DNA of 11,568 nucleotides from Verrucomicrobiota bacterium (GTDB lineage Bacteria > Verrucomicrobiota > Verrucomicrobiia > Limisphaerales > CANJSG01). The notes under the pieces were generated by a model, which saw nothing but the letters and a program-made list of their open reading frames with translations, was not told the DNA's origin and did not search any database. The first letter of the stretch is position 1. Each line of letters starts with the position of its first letter. Both the position numbers and the translations under genes were made by a program. Of this stretch, positions 1 to 7,329 are shown piece by piece. The DNA is taken from assembly GCA_038209745.1 (NCBI GenBank), contig JBBQXJ010000111.1:1-11568 (forward strand), given 5' to 3'.

Positions 1-131
1 GGCTCAACAGTGTTTTCAGCGCCGTGAAGCGCAAAGCGCGCGGCTATCGCAGCAGCGTCCACATGATCGCCATGCTCTACTTCGTCGCCGGCAAACTTGC
101 TATACCCACCCTCCCCAGCCACCGAAAGTAG
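1..131 (+). CDS. ISL3-family transposase, C-terminal end (5' part lies outside the window)
   Basis: The frame starting at nt 3 reads (G)LNSVFSAVKRKARGYRSSVHMIAMLYFVAGKLAIPTLPSHRK, with TAG at 129-131. The (E)GxNxxxxxxKRxARGYR motif is typical of DDE_Tnp_ISL3 C-termini. It is absent from the ORF track. Confidence 0.9.
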   Translation, partial: LNSVFSAVKRKARGYRSSVHMIAMLYFVAGKLAIPTLPSHRK

Positions 132-140
132 CGAGGAACC
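113..140 (-). repeat. Putative right terminal inverted repeat of the ISL3 element; candidate 8-bp target duplication ACATTTCA at 141-148
   Basis: The end sequence GGTTCCTCGCTACTTTCGGTGGCTGGGG overlaps the transposase stop. The partner IR and second target copy are outside the window, so the inner boundary and duplication length are inferred from family knowledge. Confidence 0.6.
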
Positions 141-415
141 ACATTTCACGGGCCCATAACCGCGTGAAAATGGGGGGCATCCCGTTCCGGAAGACAAGAT
201 CCCGAAGAGATACCAGGGCTCGCTGGGGCTTTTAATAGAGGCGATCCGGCACAACAACCGTGCCTCCCTCTTCGGCATTCCGGAGACGACGCGGACCGGA
301 GGCACACTTGGCTGGCCGAGGTTACCGAGGGGCGAACGCTGGAGTTGAAGTCCAGCGTCGCCCCGGCGGGGTTCCGGCGGACGGTCTTGGAAAACTTCCA
401 TCGACCAGTCAATGA
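141..415 (+). pseudogene. C-terminal half of a zeta-toxin-like / COG4185-type predicted ATPase, interrupted by the IS and carrying two frameshifts
   Basis: Three joined frames give ISRAHNRVKMG (143-175) / GHPVPEDKIPKRYQGSLGLLIEAIRHNNRASLFG (175-276) / SGDDADRRHTWLAEVTEGRTLELKSSVAPAGFRRTVLENF (279-398). This matches the family pattern RVxxGGHxVPEDKIxxRYxRSLxxLxxAIxxxxRAYxFDNS. One base is missing in the G run at 172-177 and one at about 277 (the DNS codons). The end coordinate is approximate. Confidence 0.8.
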
Positions 416-480
416 GCACCAGCGGCAAACCCGAACGCGACACGCAGAACCGGGTGATCGCCCTGTTCCGCGATGAATAG
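412..480 (+). pseudogene. hsdR: N-terminal 22-codon remnant of a type I restriction endonuclease R subunit
   Basis: ATG at 412 reads MSTSGKPERDTQNRVIALFRDE, then TAG at 478-480. This closely resembles the HsdR N-terminus MSxVGxxERxTQNRVxxLFxxxLGYxYLG and stops where LGYxYLG would start. The match is short. Confidence 0.65.
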
Positions 481-532
481 AAAGAAAGGGGTGACGGGTG
501 TGACGGGGCGGTCCCACAAAGCGGCACCGTCA

Positions 533-3500
533 TCAAAACTTCCAACGTCCCCACAGCCGGGGAGTCAGTTCTGCCTCGCTCGGGACATCGGCCGTGATGC
601 CGCTGGCCTTGTTCGCCCAGTAGACACGCTGCAAGGTTTGAAATCCGTTGCCCCGCAGAATGCCCAGATCGCCTTTGATCGAGACCCCGGCCTGTGGCTG
701 AAGGCCCAGCACGCCCAGGGGAATCGACACTTCGTAATTGCCATCGCGACCGGCCAGCTCCACCTGCGCGGTCACGTCTTCAACGCTGTCCAGGGTGATG
801 GTGCGCCACGGGGAACTGAACGGTACGGGATTCCGCGTGCCCGGGACGACGGCCCGGTACAATTGCGCGATGGGTTTGCCGTCGACTTCCGTCACCAGCA
901 AACGCAGGTCGCCCGCAACCGGTTTTGTCCGATTCTCATCCGCTTGGGCATCGGTGCCAATCATCAGGTCGAGAGCGCCGCCTGTTTTGAACAAAGCGCG
1001 GGACATCTCGCCGCTGTTGCGAAGCAGCTTGGGGTCGCCGGTGCGGAAGGCGGCGTAGAGGCGATCGCCCGCCACCGCCACGGCGCCCGACACGTCGTAG
1101 GGCTTGCTCTTGCTGTCGAAGAAGGCGGCGACACCGCTTGTGTCGATCTCGGCCCAGTCCGCGTCCGCCCAGTCGTCCATCCTCCCGTCCACGGTCGGGG
1201 CCGTGTCGCGGAGACCAATTTTCAACGTCCCGTGCTGCTTGCCCGCCTGCCGCGCCACCTCGGCTTCCATAAAAAAGTTTCGGGCCAGAACCAGGTCGTC
1301 GGGACTCAGCTGGATGGGTATCTCGGGCAAACGCCGCACCGTCTCCAGCCCATCGACCCGCACCAGGGAAGTTCGAGCGCCGTCCACGAGATAGATTTTT
1401 CCATCCCGCGTCTGGGTCAGGCTGGGCCAGAAATTTTCATCATGCAGGGTGAGCCCGTTTAGAATCATGCCGCGCTTGGCCACGGGCATGGACCAGGAGG
1501 TTCCACGCCGGACATCCTTGAACAGTTCCGCCACGAAAAGGCCGTCGACGGTGAACAGATACATGTTGCCCTGGTTGCCGTTGATCCCCCAAACCGGCCC
1601 GGCATCGCTCCCGGGAGGGGAAATGAATCCTCCCAACAGACGCGTTGTCCCGATCAATTCGCCCGGTCGATCCGGCGGCGGCGATTCATGCGAGGCATGC
1701 AGGCCGGGCCAAAGGCTGGGATAGGACCAACGTGCTTCGCCGTGATACACCGCTCCCACGGCATACGGTGAAAAGGGTTCGGGCGGTGTGGTGAAAACGG
1801 TCCAACCGCTCTCATTCCACAGCGCTTGGCCACCGCCGGAAGAGGTCGGACCCTGCATGCCGGTCGCGAGGACTTCGCCCCGCTTCAGGTCGTAGACCGG
1901 CGCGCCACCGGGCGTGAATCCCCGCGGCTCGAACCGCATGGCGTTGGTCCCGACACGCGCGGCGATAAACGCAAGGTCCGGCGCCACCGTGATGGACCCC
2001 AGCGCGCCGACCTTTTGCATCTGCACCTCCCCGGGTTGAGCCTGCCCATCGTCGTTCAGATCGCTCCAGACGAAGAGCACCCCGTCGAGTCCGCTTTTCC
2101 CTGCCGGTTGCACCCCCTCCGGCCAGCATGACCGGAAGGCATCGCTGGCGAGCCGCTTCCATTCGCGCGCGTTGCCCAGTGCGGCGGCCGGTTTGGCGAC
2201 GGTTCCCGTGTCCACCCAGAGCGTCGCGGCGTCGGGGCCCCCGGTGGGATTGCTGTCGTGATCGTTGGAGAAGTAGCGCTTCCCATCGCGATAATGCGGT
2301 TGCTCCGGCATTCCGCCCGACGTAGGGCCATCAGGCACGGCCCCATTGCTGTCTTCGGACCGATGGAACACCCGCGCCAATTCATCGTCGCCCTTTTCCC
2401 AGTCGAGATGGAACTCCATGCCGTGATAGTAGAACCGCTCCTTGTCCTCCGGATCGAGCTTCCCGCCGCCGCCATATTCAGAGGGTCCGTAGAACGCCCG
2501 CACCAGAAGTCCATCCAGGGTCCAGACGCTGACTCGCTTGGGTTGGAAGTCCTCTTCCGCCACCCAAAGCCGATCCTTGCCATCGATCGTCAGACCCTTC
2601 GGATGGTTCAGGTGCGAAGGATCATAGACACCGGCTTTCGGTTCGCCGGCATGTCCGATTGCGCGAAGAAATTTGCCGGCCGACGAGAACACTTTCACTT
2701 GATGGCTCTTCCCCCAATCACCCACGTAGATACGTCCCCGACCATCCAGAGTCATGCCCTGGGGATCTTCCAATCCTTCCGCCACCAACACTTCGGGCGC
2801 CGGCAACGAAAGCGAATTCGTTCCGATCGTGTAACGAAGAAGCCGCGAGCCGCTCAGCGCGAGCAGCCGACCTTCCGGGTCGAACGCCACTCCCCGCGGA
2901 TCACTCAAGTCCACCGTGCCGAGAATCTTTCTTTTCGACGCGTCCACCCAAAGCAACTGGTTCATTTTGGGCAGACTGGCGACCAGCCGCCCGTTGTGGA
3001 TCGCGAGCCCGCTCAAACCGACATGTTCGTTGTCCGGGAATGTGAAGCGGAAATCCGCCGTGCCTGCCTCGGCCGAGTTGGTTCCGGTGGGAAGGGTTCC
3101 GGAATACGGCGCGTTCGGCGTGAGCAACGGACGATCCCAGCCCTGACCGAAACGCGCGTCACGTGGTTGGGCCGCCTTCTCGTCCTTGGTGAGCAGTTCC
3201 GCCAGGCGCAGCTCCGGCTTGGCACCATCATAGCCGCCTCCTTTAAACGCGGCGGCCGCGTAGGCATAGACACCGGGAACGCGATCCGGACCCTCGTCGC
3301 GCGCCAGGTGGGACGCGCCCGTCCAAACGCCACCAATCCACATCTGGCCAAATCGTTTGCGCCCGTTCAGATCGAGCCACGCGAGCCCATGTCCCCCTTC
3401 CGAAACATAGCTCGCTGCGAGGATCATTCCTCCCGGGGACGGCGCGGCCGGACTTTGGTTGGCCCCGCTCTCGGGCACGAATAAAACCGCGCTCGGCGGG

Positions 3501-3976
3501 GTATGATTCGCCAGCCAAGCGCCCGTGCGGTCTTGGATTTCCCAGGCCGGCTCGCCCGCGTTATACAAAGAAAACTCATAGCGCAGCTCGATGTCCTTGC
3601 GAAACAAGCCGTGGGCGCGATAGGGACCCGGCTTCACAAATTGAGCGGGGATGGAATAAGCACCGTGATGATAGGCCTCCGGATCACGGAGCAGATCGTC
3701 CGTGCCGTCCCACCAGACCACATTCTCGCCGGCCGGGAATGGAGTTTCAGCGACCAGGTTGCGCACCCGTTTTCCTTTGGCATCATCGACCACCAGCGTT
3801 ACCCAACCCGCCTCGGGCAAATTAAACCGAATCGGAATGGGAGGATGGGCCGCCGTGTCCGCCGCCTGAAGTCTCGCCGCGAAAATCAGCGAGACAACGG
3901 CCAGAACGAAGAGCCCAAACCGGCAGGCACACTGGTTCGATGCATTGCCAGCCCGTCTGCGGTTCGAGTTCTTCAT
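533..3976 (-). CDS. Large secreted protein (1147 aa): signal peptide, FlgD-type Ig domain, NHL-repeat beta-propeller, Dx[DN]xDG motif, C-terminal CBM9/DOMON-like domain
   Basis: Long intact ORF with a double stop (TGA TGA). Signal peptide ...RFGLFVLAVVSLIFAARLQA. FlgD-Ig pattern IRFNLPEAGWVTLVVDDAKGKRVRNLV...GENVVWWDGTDD. NHL repeats LSDPRGVAFDPEGRL, LEDPQGMTLDGRGRIYVGD and LNHPKGLTIDGKDRLWVAE. WSDLNDDGQAQPGE. APTVDGRMDDWADADW opens the last domain. Confidence 0.88.
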   Translation of the reverse strand: MKNSNRRRAGNASNQCACRFGLFVLAVVSLIFAARLQAADTAAHPPIPIRFNLPEAGWVTLVVDDAKGKRVRNLVAETPFPAGENVVWWDGTDDLLRDPEAYHHGAYSIPAQFVKPGPYRAHGLFRKDIELRYEFSLYNAGEPAWEIQDRTGAWLANHTPPSAVLFVPESGANQSPAAPSPGGMILAASYVSEGGHGLAWLDLNGRKRFGQMWIGGVWTGASHLARDEGPDRVPGVYAYAAAAFKGGGYDGAKPELRLAELLTKDEKAAQPRDARFGQGWDRPLLTPNAPYSGTLPTGTNSAEAGTADFRFTFPDNEHVGLSGLAIHNGRLVASLPKMNQLLWVDASKRKILGTVDLSDPRGVAFDPEGRLLALSGSRLLRYTIGTNSLSLPAPEVLVAEGLEDPQGMTLDGRGRIYVGDWGKSHQVKVFSSAGKFLRAIGHAGEPKAGVYDPSHLNHPKGLTIDGKDRLWVAEEDFQPKRVSVWTLDGLLVRAFYGPSEYGGGGKLDPEDKERFYYHGMEFHLDWEKGDDELARVFHRSEDSNGAVPDGPTSGGMPEQPHYRDGKRYFSNDHDSNPTGGPDAATLWVDTGTVAKPAAALGNAREWKRLASDAFRSCWPEGVQPAGKSGLDGVLFVWSDLNDDGQAQPGEVQMQKVGALGSITVAPDLAFIAARVGTNAMRFEPRGFTPGGAPVYDLKRGEVLATGMQGPTSSGGGQALWNESGWTVFTTPPEPFSPYAVGAVYHGEARWSYPSLWPGLHASHESPPPDRPGELIGTTRLLGGFISPPGSDAGPVWGINGNQGNMYLFTVDGLFVAELFKDVRRGTSWSMPVAKRGMILNGLTLHDENFWPSLTQTRDGKIYLVDGARTSLVRVDGLETVRRLPEIPIQLSPDDLVLARNFFMEAEVARQAGKQHGTLKIGLRDTAPTVDGRMDDWADADWAEIDTSGVAAFFDSKSKPYDVSGAVAVAGDRLYAAFRTGDPKLLRNSGEMSRALFKTGGALDLMIGTDAQADENRTKPVAGDLRLLVTEVDGKPIAQLYRAVVPGTRNPVPFSSPWRTITLDSVEDVTAQVELAGRDGNYEVSIPLGVLGLQPQAGVSIKGDLGILRGNGFQTLQRVYWANKASGITADVPSEAELTPRLWGRWKF

Positions 3977-4087
3977 AGTCTGCGGTTCAGGCTAAACAAA
4001 ACGACCCGGCAGCCAATGACCATCCAAACCTCTCAGGCTCATTTTTTCGGGGCGATTGAAAGGTCATCAACTTCTTCGGATAAACGG

Positions 4088-4369
4088 CTATCGCCCGTCG
4101 CCATCCGAATCAAACAGGTTCACCTCCTCCACGACCCCGCCCAGGAGATTGCGGTCCACCGGGCCATCGCAGCCGACGACGTGGGAGCACCGGAAGAAGT
4201 TGTGCCCCTCGGCCATGCTCTCGGGCCCGGCCAGGGCCACGGGGAAGGCGTCGGGTCCGTTCTGGCCGGCCTTGAAAATGCGGAGAGCTCCCCTCCGGCG
4301 GGTGGGCGGACCAGTGCCGTCGAGGATGTGGTCGCCCTCGGCCGCGATGTCCCGGATGAGGAAGACCAT
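4088..4369 (-). CDS. Hypothetical protein (93 aa from ATG 4369), possibly the 3' fragment of a truncated gene
   Basis: Third codon positions are strongly G/C biased in this frame, and the overlapping + frames look like antisense shadows. The frame stays open upstream of the ATG (…PEQALARSSRIA) to about 4404. No family recognised. Confidence 0.45.
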   Translation of the reverse strand: MVFLIRDIAAEGDHILDGTGPPTRRRGALRIFKAGQNGPDAFPVALAGPESMAEGHNFFRCSHVVGCDGPVDRNLLGGVVEEVNLFDSDGDGR

Positions 4370-4404
4370 GGCGATGCGTGAGGAGCGAGCGAGGGCTTGC
4401 TCCG

Positions 4405-5108
4405 GTGGCGACGCTGCCCTCGGCCCCCTTGGTCGATGAACACGTGCTGCTGGAGATCGTCGGCGTCTACGGGGCGCACGAGGCGACCCGCCCCGGGCTG
4501 TTGGCGAAGTTGCTGTCGGCGGGAGACCCCCGCGTGCGCCCCTATGGAACGCGCGTGGTTGGCAACTGGGTCGATACGTTGCAGGACGCGGTCCAATTGC
4601 TGAGGGAACATGTGCGCGACGAAAACCCGCGCGTCCTCTTGGAGGCGGTGGTCGCCGCCAGTTGTCTGAACCGACTGGAAGCCGCCGAGATCATCACCCA
4701 GGCCCTGGATGCCCCGCGCGACGCCTTCCTGGACTATGCGCTGCCCCAAAGCGCCCGGTCAGCTCAAGCTCGACGCGCGCCATGCGGAGTATCTCCGGCG
4801 GCTCTCCACCCCGGTCGCGCCATCTTCGCCCGGTCGCATGGTCTGCGAGAGGGCGTGCCTGCCGTGTCGTGCTGCACAGGCTCGACGGACCCATCGACCT
4901 CAAAGGGCAGCCCGTCGTGCAGGCCGATCCGCTCCCGATGCCGCCCATGGCGGGACTTGAGGATCAACAGCTGGCCGACGTGCTGTCCTACCTCCGGGCC
5001 GACTTCGCTCCGGCGTCGCCCGCAGTGACGGCTGCGGACGTGCGATCCGTTCGCCTCGCCACGTCCGGCCGGAAAACACCGTGGACCGCGAAGGAACTGG
5101 AGGCGTAG
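4405..5108 (+). pseudogene. Remnant of a PVC-type heme-binding (HEAT repeat + C-terminal cytochrome c) membrane-bound dehydrogenase-like gene; 5'-truncated, with two frameshifting internal deletions
   Basis: Frame A (4405-4758) has HEAT-like DEHVLLEIVGVY...LLSAGDPRVR...RDENPRVLLEAVVAAS...DAFLDYAL. Frame B (4757-4867) reads GQLKLDARHAEYLRRLSTPVAPSSPGRMVCERACLPC, a CxxC lacking the His. Frame C (4863-5108) reads RVVLHRLDGPIDLKGQ...MPPMAGLEDQQLADVLSYLR...RKTPWTAKELEA*, a typical cytochrome c C-terminal half with the axial Met. Confidence 0.85.
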
Positions 5109-5167
5109 TGCGATGATGCGTTCGCCCCGACCTTGAAGGCGCGCTGCGGTTCTGCCATCGGTGGCGG

Positions 5168-7282
5168 ATGTCACGCCGGATCCTTCTGCTGGTCCTTCTT
5201 TGCGCCCACGGGCTCTTCGCCGCCGATCCGGAGCCACCGGGCTACCGGACCATCCTATGGATCGGCGACGAGGCCTACGCAAAGCCCGAGAAAGTCCCGC
5301 TGTTCTTCCAGAGGCTGCGGGAGATGGGGATCAATACCGGCATGGTCCACGGCGACGCCCCGTTCGAACCGGTCTGGACGAACGGGTTCCCTTATTACGT
5401 GGAGAACATCGTGAACAAGGGGCTTTGCCTGAAGTTCAATTCGACGGTGAAGGACTGGGGCGCGTTCGTGAACGGGTGGATCAAGAGCCGCTCGACCAGC
5501 GCCTTCGTCCGCGACTATTCGCTGGACGATCCCGTCTGGAAATCCTGGGCCAACGGGCAGGTGAAGCGGCTGGTGGAGAAGAACCGGGGCAACCATCCCG
5601 TCGCCTACGATCTCCGCGACGAGCTTTCGGTGACGATCTCGGCCAATCCGTTCGACTACGATTTTGGACCGATCACACTGGCGGCGTTCCGCGACTGGCT
5701 GAAGACGCAGTATCCGACTCTCGACGCCCTGAACGCCGGATGGGAGACGACGTTCGCCACGTGGGCCGAGGTGCGGCCGTTCACCACGGACCAGATCAAG
5801 AACCGGATGGCGAGCGGCGACGCGCGGCCCCGGGGCGGCCCCGATTGGCAGGCTTTGGCGGCGCTGCGATTTGATCCCTCCACCGCACGCTCCGAGCCGA
5901 CCCGCTGGAACTTCTCTCCGTGGGCCGATTTCAGGACCTATCTCGACATATCCCTGGCCCGCACCCTGGATGAATTGCGAGGCACCGCGCACGCCGCCGA
6001 CCCCCGGACGCCGGTTGGGATCGAAGGGACGCAGATGCCGAGCGCGTTCGGCGGATACGATCTGTGGCGGTTGTCGCAGTCGCTGGATTGGATCGAGCCC
6101 TACGACATCGGCAATGCGCGGGAGATCCTCGGTTCGTTCATGGGCAGGAAGCTTCTCATGACGACGGTCTTCGAGGGGGAGACCGGACCGGCGCGGCGGC
6201 GGCTCTGGCATCTGCTGCTGGAGGGCGATCGCGGCTGCATCGTCTGGTGGAGCAACGACTGTGTGGACATGGCCAGCCCGGACTACCGGTTGACGAAGAA
6301 AGGGGAGGCGTTGGCCCCGGTGTTGAAGGAGCTGGCGTCGCCCTTGGCCAGCCTGTTCATGGAAGCCCAGAGAGTTCGTGATCCCATCGCGATCCACTAC
6401 TCGCAGCCAAGCATCCAGGTGGACTGGTTGCTCGGATCGATGGGCGATGGATCGTCGTGGCCCCGACGTTTTTCGAGCTACGAAGCGGCCAACAACCGGC
6501 TGGTCAAGGTGCGCAACAGCTGGCTCAAGGCCTTCCAGGATCTCGGCTGTTCACCACGCTTCGTCTCGTCGCAGCAGATCGAGGAGGGCGTCTTGGACCG
6601 CGAGAAGTTCCTCGGCGTGGTGCTGCCCGGATCCCTCGCTTTGTCGGATCGGGAGAGCGCCGCGCTGGTGCGCTATCTCCAAGCCAACGAGTCCCGCCTG
6701 ATCTTCGCCGATGGAACGCCCGGGGTGTTCGATGAACGCGGCCGGACCCGGAAGGCGTCGCCGATCTTCAAGAGCCTGTCCAAGAAGTCGGAAGCGGAGA
6801 GTTCAGTGACGACGAAGACCGGTTCCATGCGACGAGCAGGCGACATTGCCGGATATGAGAAGGACCGGGCGGAGGAGGGCGACCCATTGGCTTGGGCCCG
6901 CTGGATCAACGGCCTGACCACGAACTGGGTTCGCGAGGTGCGGGTGCCGCTGGAGGCGCGGGTGCGGGTGCACCGCTTTCGCAGTGGGTCCACCCGGCTG
7001 CTGGCTTTCGAGCGGAACGTCCAGTATCGGATGAGCGAGGATCTGAAGGAGCAGAAACGCGGCGGGGCGTTCGATCAGGCGGTGAAGTTCGAGGCCAAGC
7101 TGGCAGCGCCGGCCCACGTCTACGACCTGCGGACATCGCGCTACTTGGGCCTGACCGACACGCTGTCGCTCAGCGTGGATCCGTGGGAACCCACTTTGCT
7201 GGCACTCACGGAAACGCCGCTCGCGCCCGGGGACGTGGTGGCGCAGGTGCGAAAGGCGGCCGGACGGCACGAGGAGAAATAG
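5168..7282 (+). CDS. Secreted GH42-like (beta-galactosidase-like, clan GH-A) glycoside hydrolase with a trimerisation-type middle domain, 704 aa
   Basis: Signal peptide MSRRILLLVLLCAHGLFA. HPVAYDLRDELS carries the putative acid/base Glu152. AFRDWLKTQYPTLDALNAGWETTFATW and WADFRTY are GH42 hallmarks. IAIHYSQPSI...GVVLPGSLALSD...LIFADGTPGVFDE resembles the GH42 trimerisation domain. Substrate unknown. Confidence 0.82.
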   Translation: MSRRILLLVLLCAHGLFAADPEPPGYRTILWIGDEAYAKPEKVPLFFQRLREMGINTGMVHGDAPFEPVWTNGFPYYVENIVNKGLCLKFNSTVKDWGAFVNGWIKSRSTSAFVRDYSLDDPVWKSWANGQVKRLVEKNRGNHPVAYDLRDELSVTISANPFDYDFGPITLAAFRDWLKTQYPTLDALNAGWETTFATWAEVRPFTTDQIKNRMASGDARPRGGPDWQALAALRFDPSTARSEPTRWNFSPWADFRTYLDISLARTLDELRGTAHAADPRTPVGIEGTQMPSAFGGYDLWRLSQSLDWIEPYDIGNAREILGSFMGRKLLMTTVFEGETGPARRRLWHLLLEGDRGCIVWWSNDCVDMASPDYRLTKKGEALAPVLKELASPLASLFMEAQRVRDPIAIHYSQPSIQVDWLLGSMGDGSSWPRRFSSYEAANNRLVKVRNSWLKAFQDLGCSPRFVSSQQIEEGVLDREKFLGVVLPGSLALSDRESAALVRYLQANESRLIFADGTPGVFDERGRTRKASPIFKSLSKKSEAESSVTTKTGSMRRAGDIAGYEKDRAEEGDPLAWARWINGLTTNWVREVRVPLEARVRVHRFRSGSTRLLAFERNVQYRMSEDLKEQKRGGAFDQAVKFEAKLAAPAHVYDLRTSRYLGLTDTLSLSVDPWEPTLLALTETPLAPGDVVAQVRKAAGRHEEK

Positions 7283-7283
7283 G

Positions 7284-7317
7284 CGCATTGCGCCGCCCAT
7301 TGAGGCGACGCAATGCG
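7284..7317. terminator. Hairpin between convergent genes, probable bidirectional terminator or mRNA 3' stabiliser
   Basis: CGCATTGCG-C-CGCC (7284-7297), loop CATTGA, then GGCG-A-CGCAATGCG (7304-7317). This is a 14-bp stem with one mismatch in a 47-bp gap between two stop codons. There is no U-tract on either strand. Confidence 0.55.
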
Positions 7318-7329
7318 GGACCGGGCGCC

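Larger units (their letters stand above)
1..140 (+). mobile_element. Right end of an ISL3-family insertion sequence
   Basis: The transposase stop lies within the terminal region ending ...AGTAGCGAGGAACC at 140. Its reverse complement begins GGTTCCTCGCTACTTTCGGTGG, matching the GG(T/C)TC start of ISL3 ends. An unrelated coding fragment resumes at 141. Confidence 0.85.

Noticed and set aside
142..172. Imperfect inverted repeat CATTTCACG...CGTGAAAATG next to the IS end
   Set aside because: It lies inside the ATPase coding remnant, is short and gapped, and has no supportable function.
327..356. EGRTLELKSS resembles the AlbA_2/Schlafen E-x-x-x-x-EFKSS motif
   Set aside because: It is in frame with, and better explained as, the C-terminal tail of the zeta-like ATPase remnant. 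No further AlbA motifs follow.
146..517. 123-aa minus-strand ORF
   Set aside because: It is antisense to the recognisable ATPase and hsdR remnants and has no protein-like features.
491..532. GTGACGGG duplicated (491-498, 500-507) and a weak hairpin after the 1147-aa gene stop
   Set aside because: Only two short copies and a heavily mismatched stem. Not enough to call a repeat array or terminator.
3950..3976. NRRR near the N-terminus of the 1147-aa protein as a Tat signal
   Set aside because: It lacks the xFLK-like consensus after the arginines. A Sec-type signal with LQA cleavage is more plausible.
473..4439. Long plus-strand ORFs (473-1462, 2258-3484, 3503-4381, 4056-4439 and others)
   Set aside because: These are antisense shadows of GC-rich minus-strand coding sequence with no recognisable domains.
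4378..5108. Track ORFs 4378-5028, 4662-5108 and 4709-4960 as independent genes or a programmed frameshift
   Set aside because: Each carries only part of one protein, residues are missing at the switches, and no slippery sequence is present. Pseudogenisation fits better.
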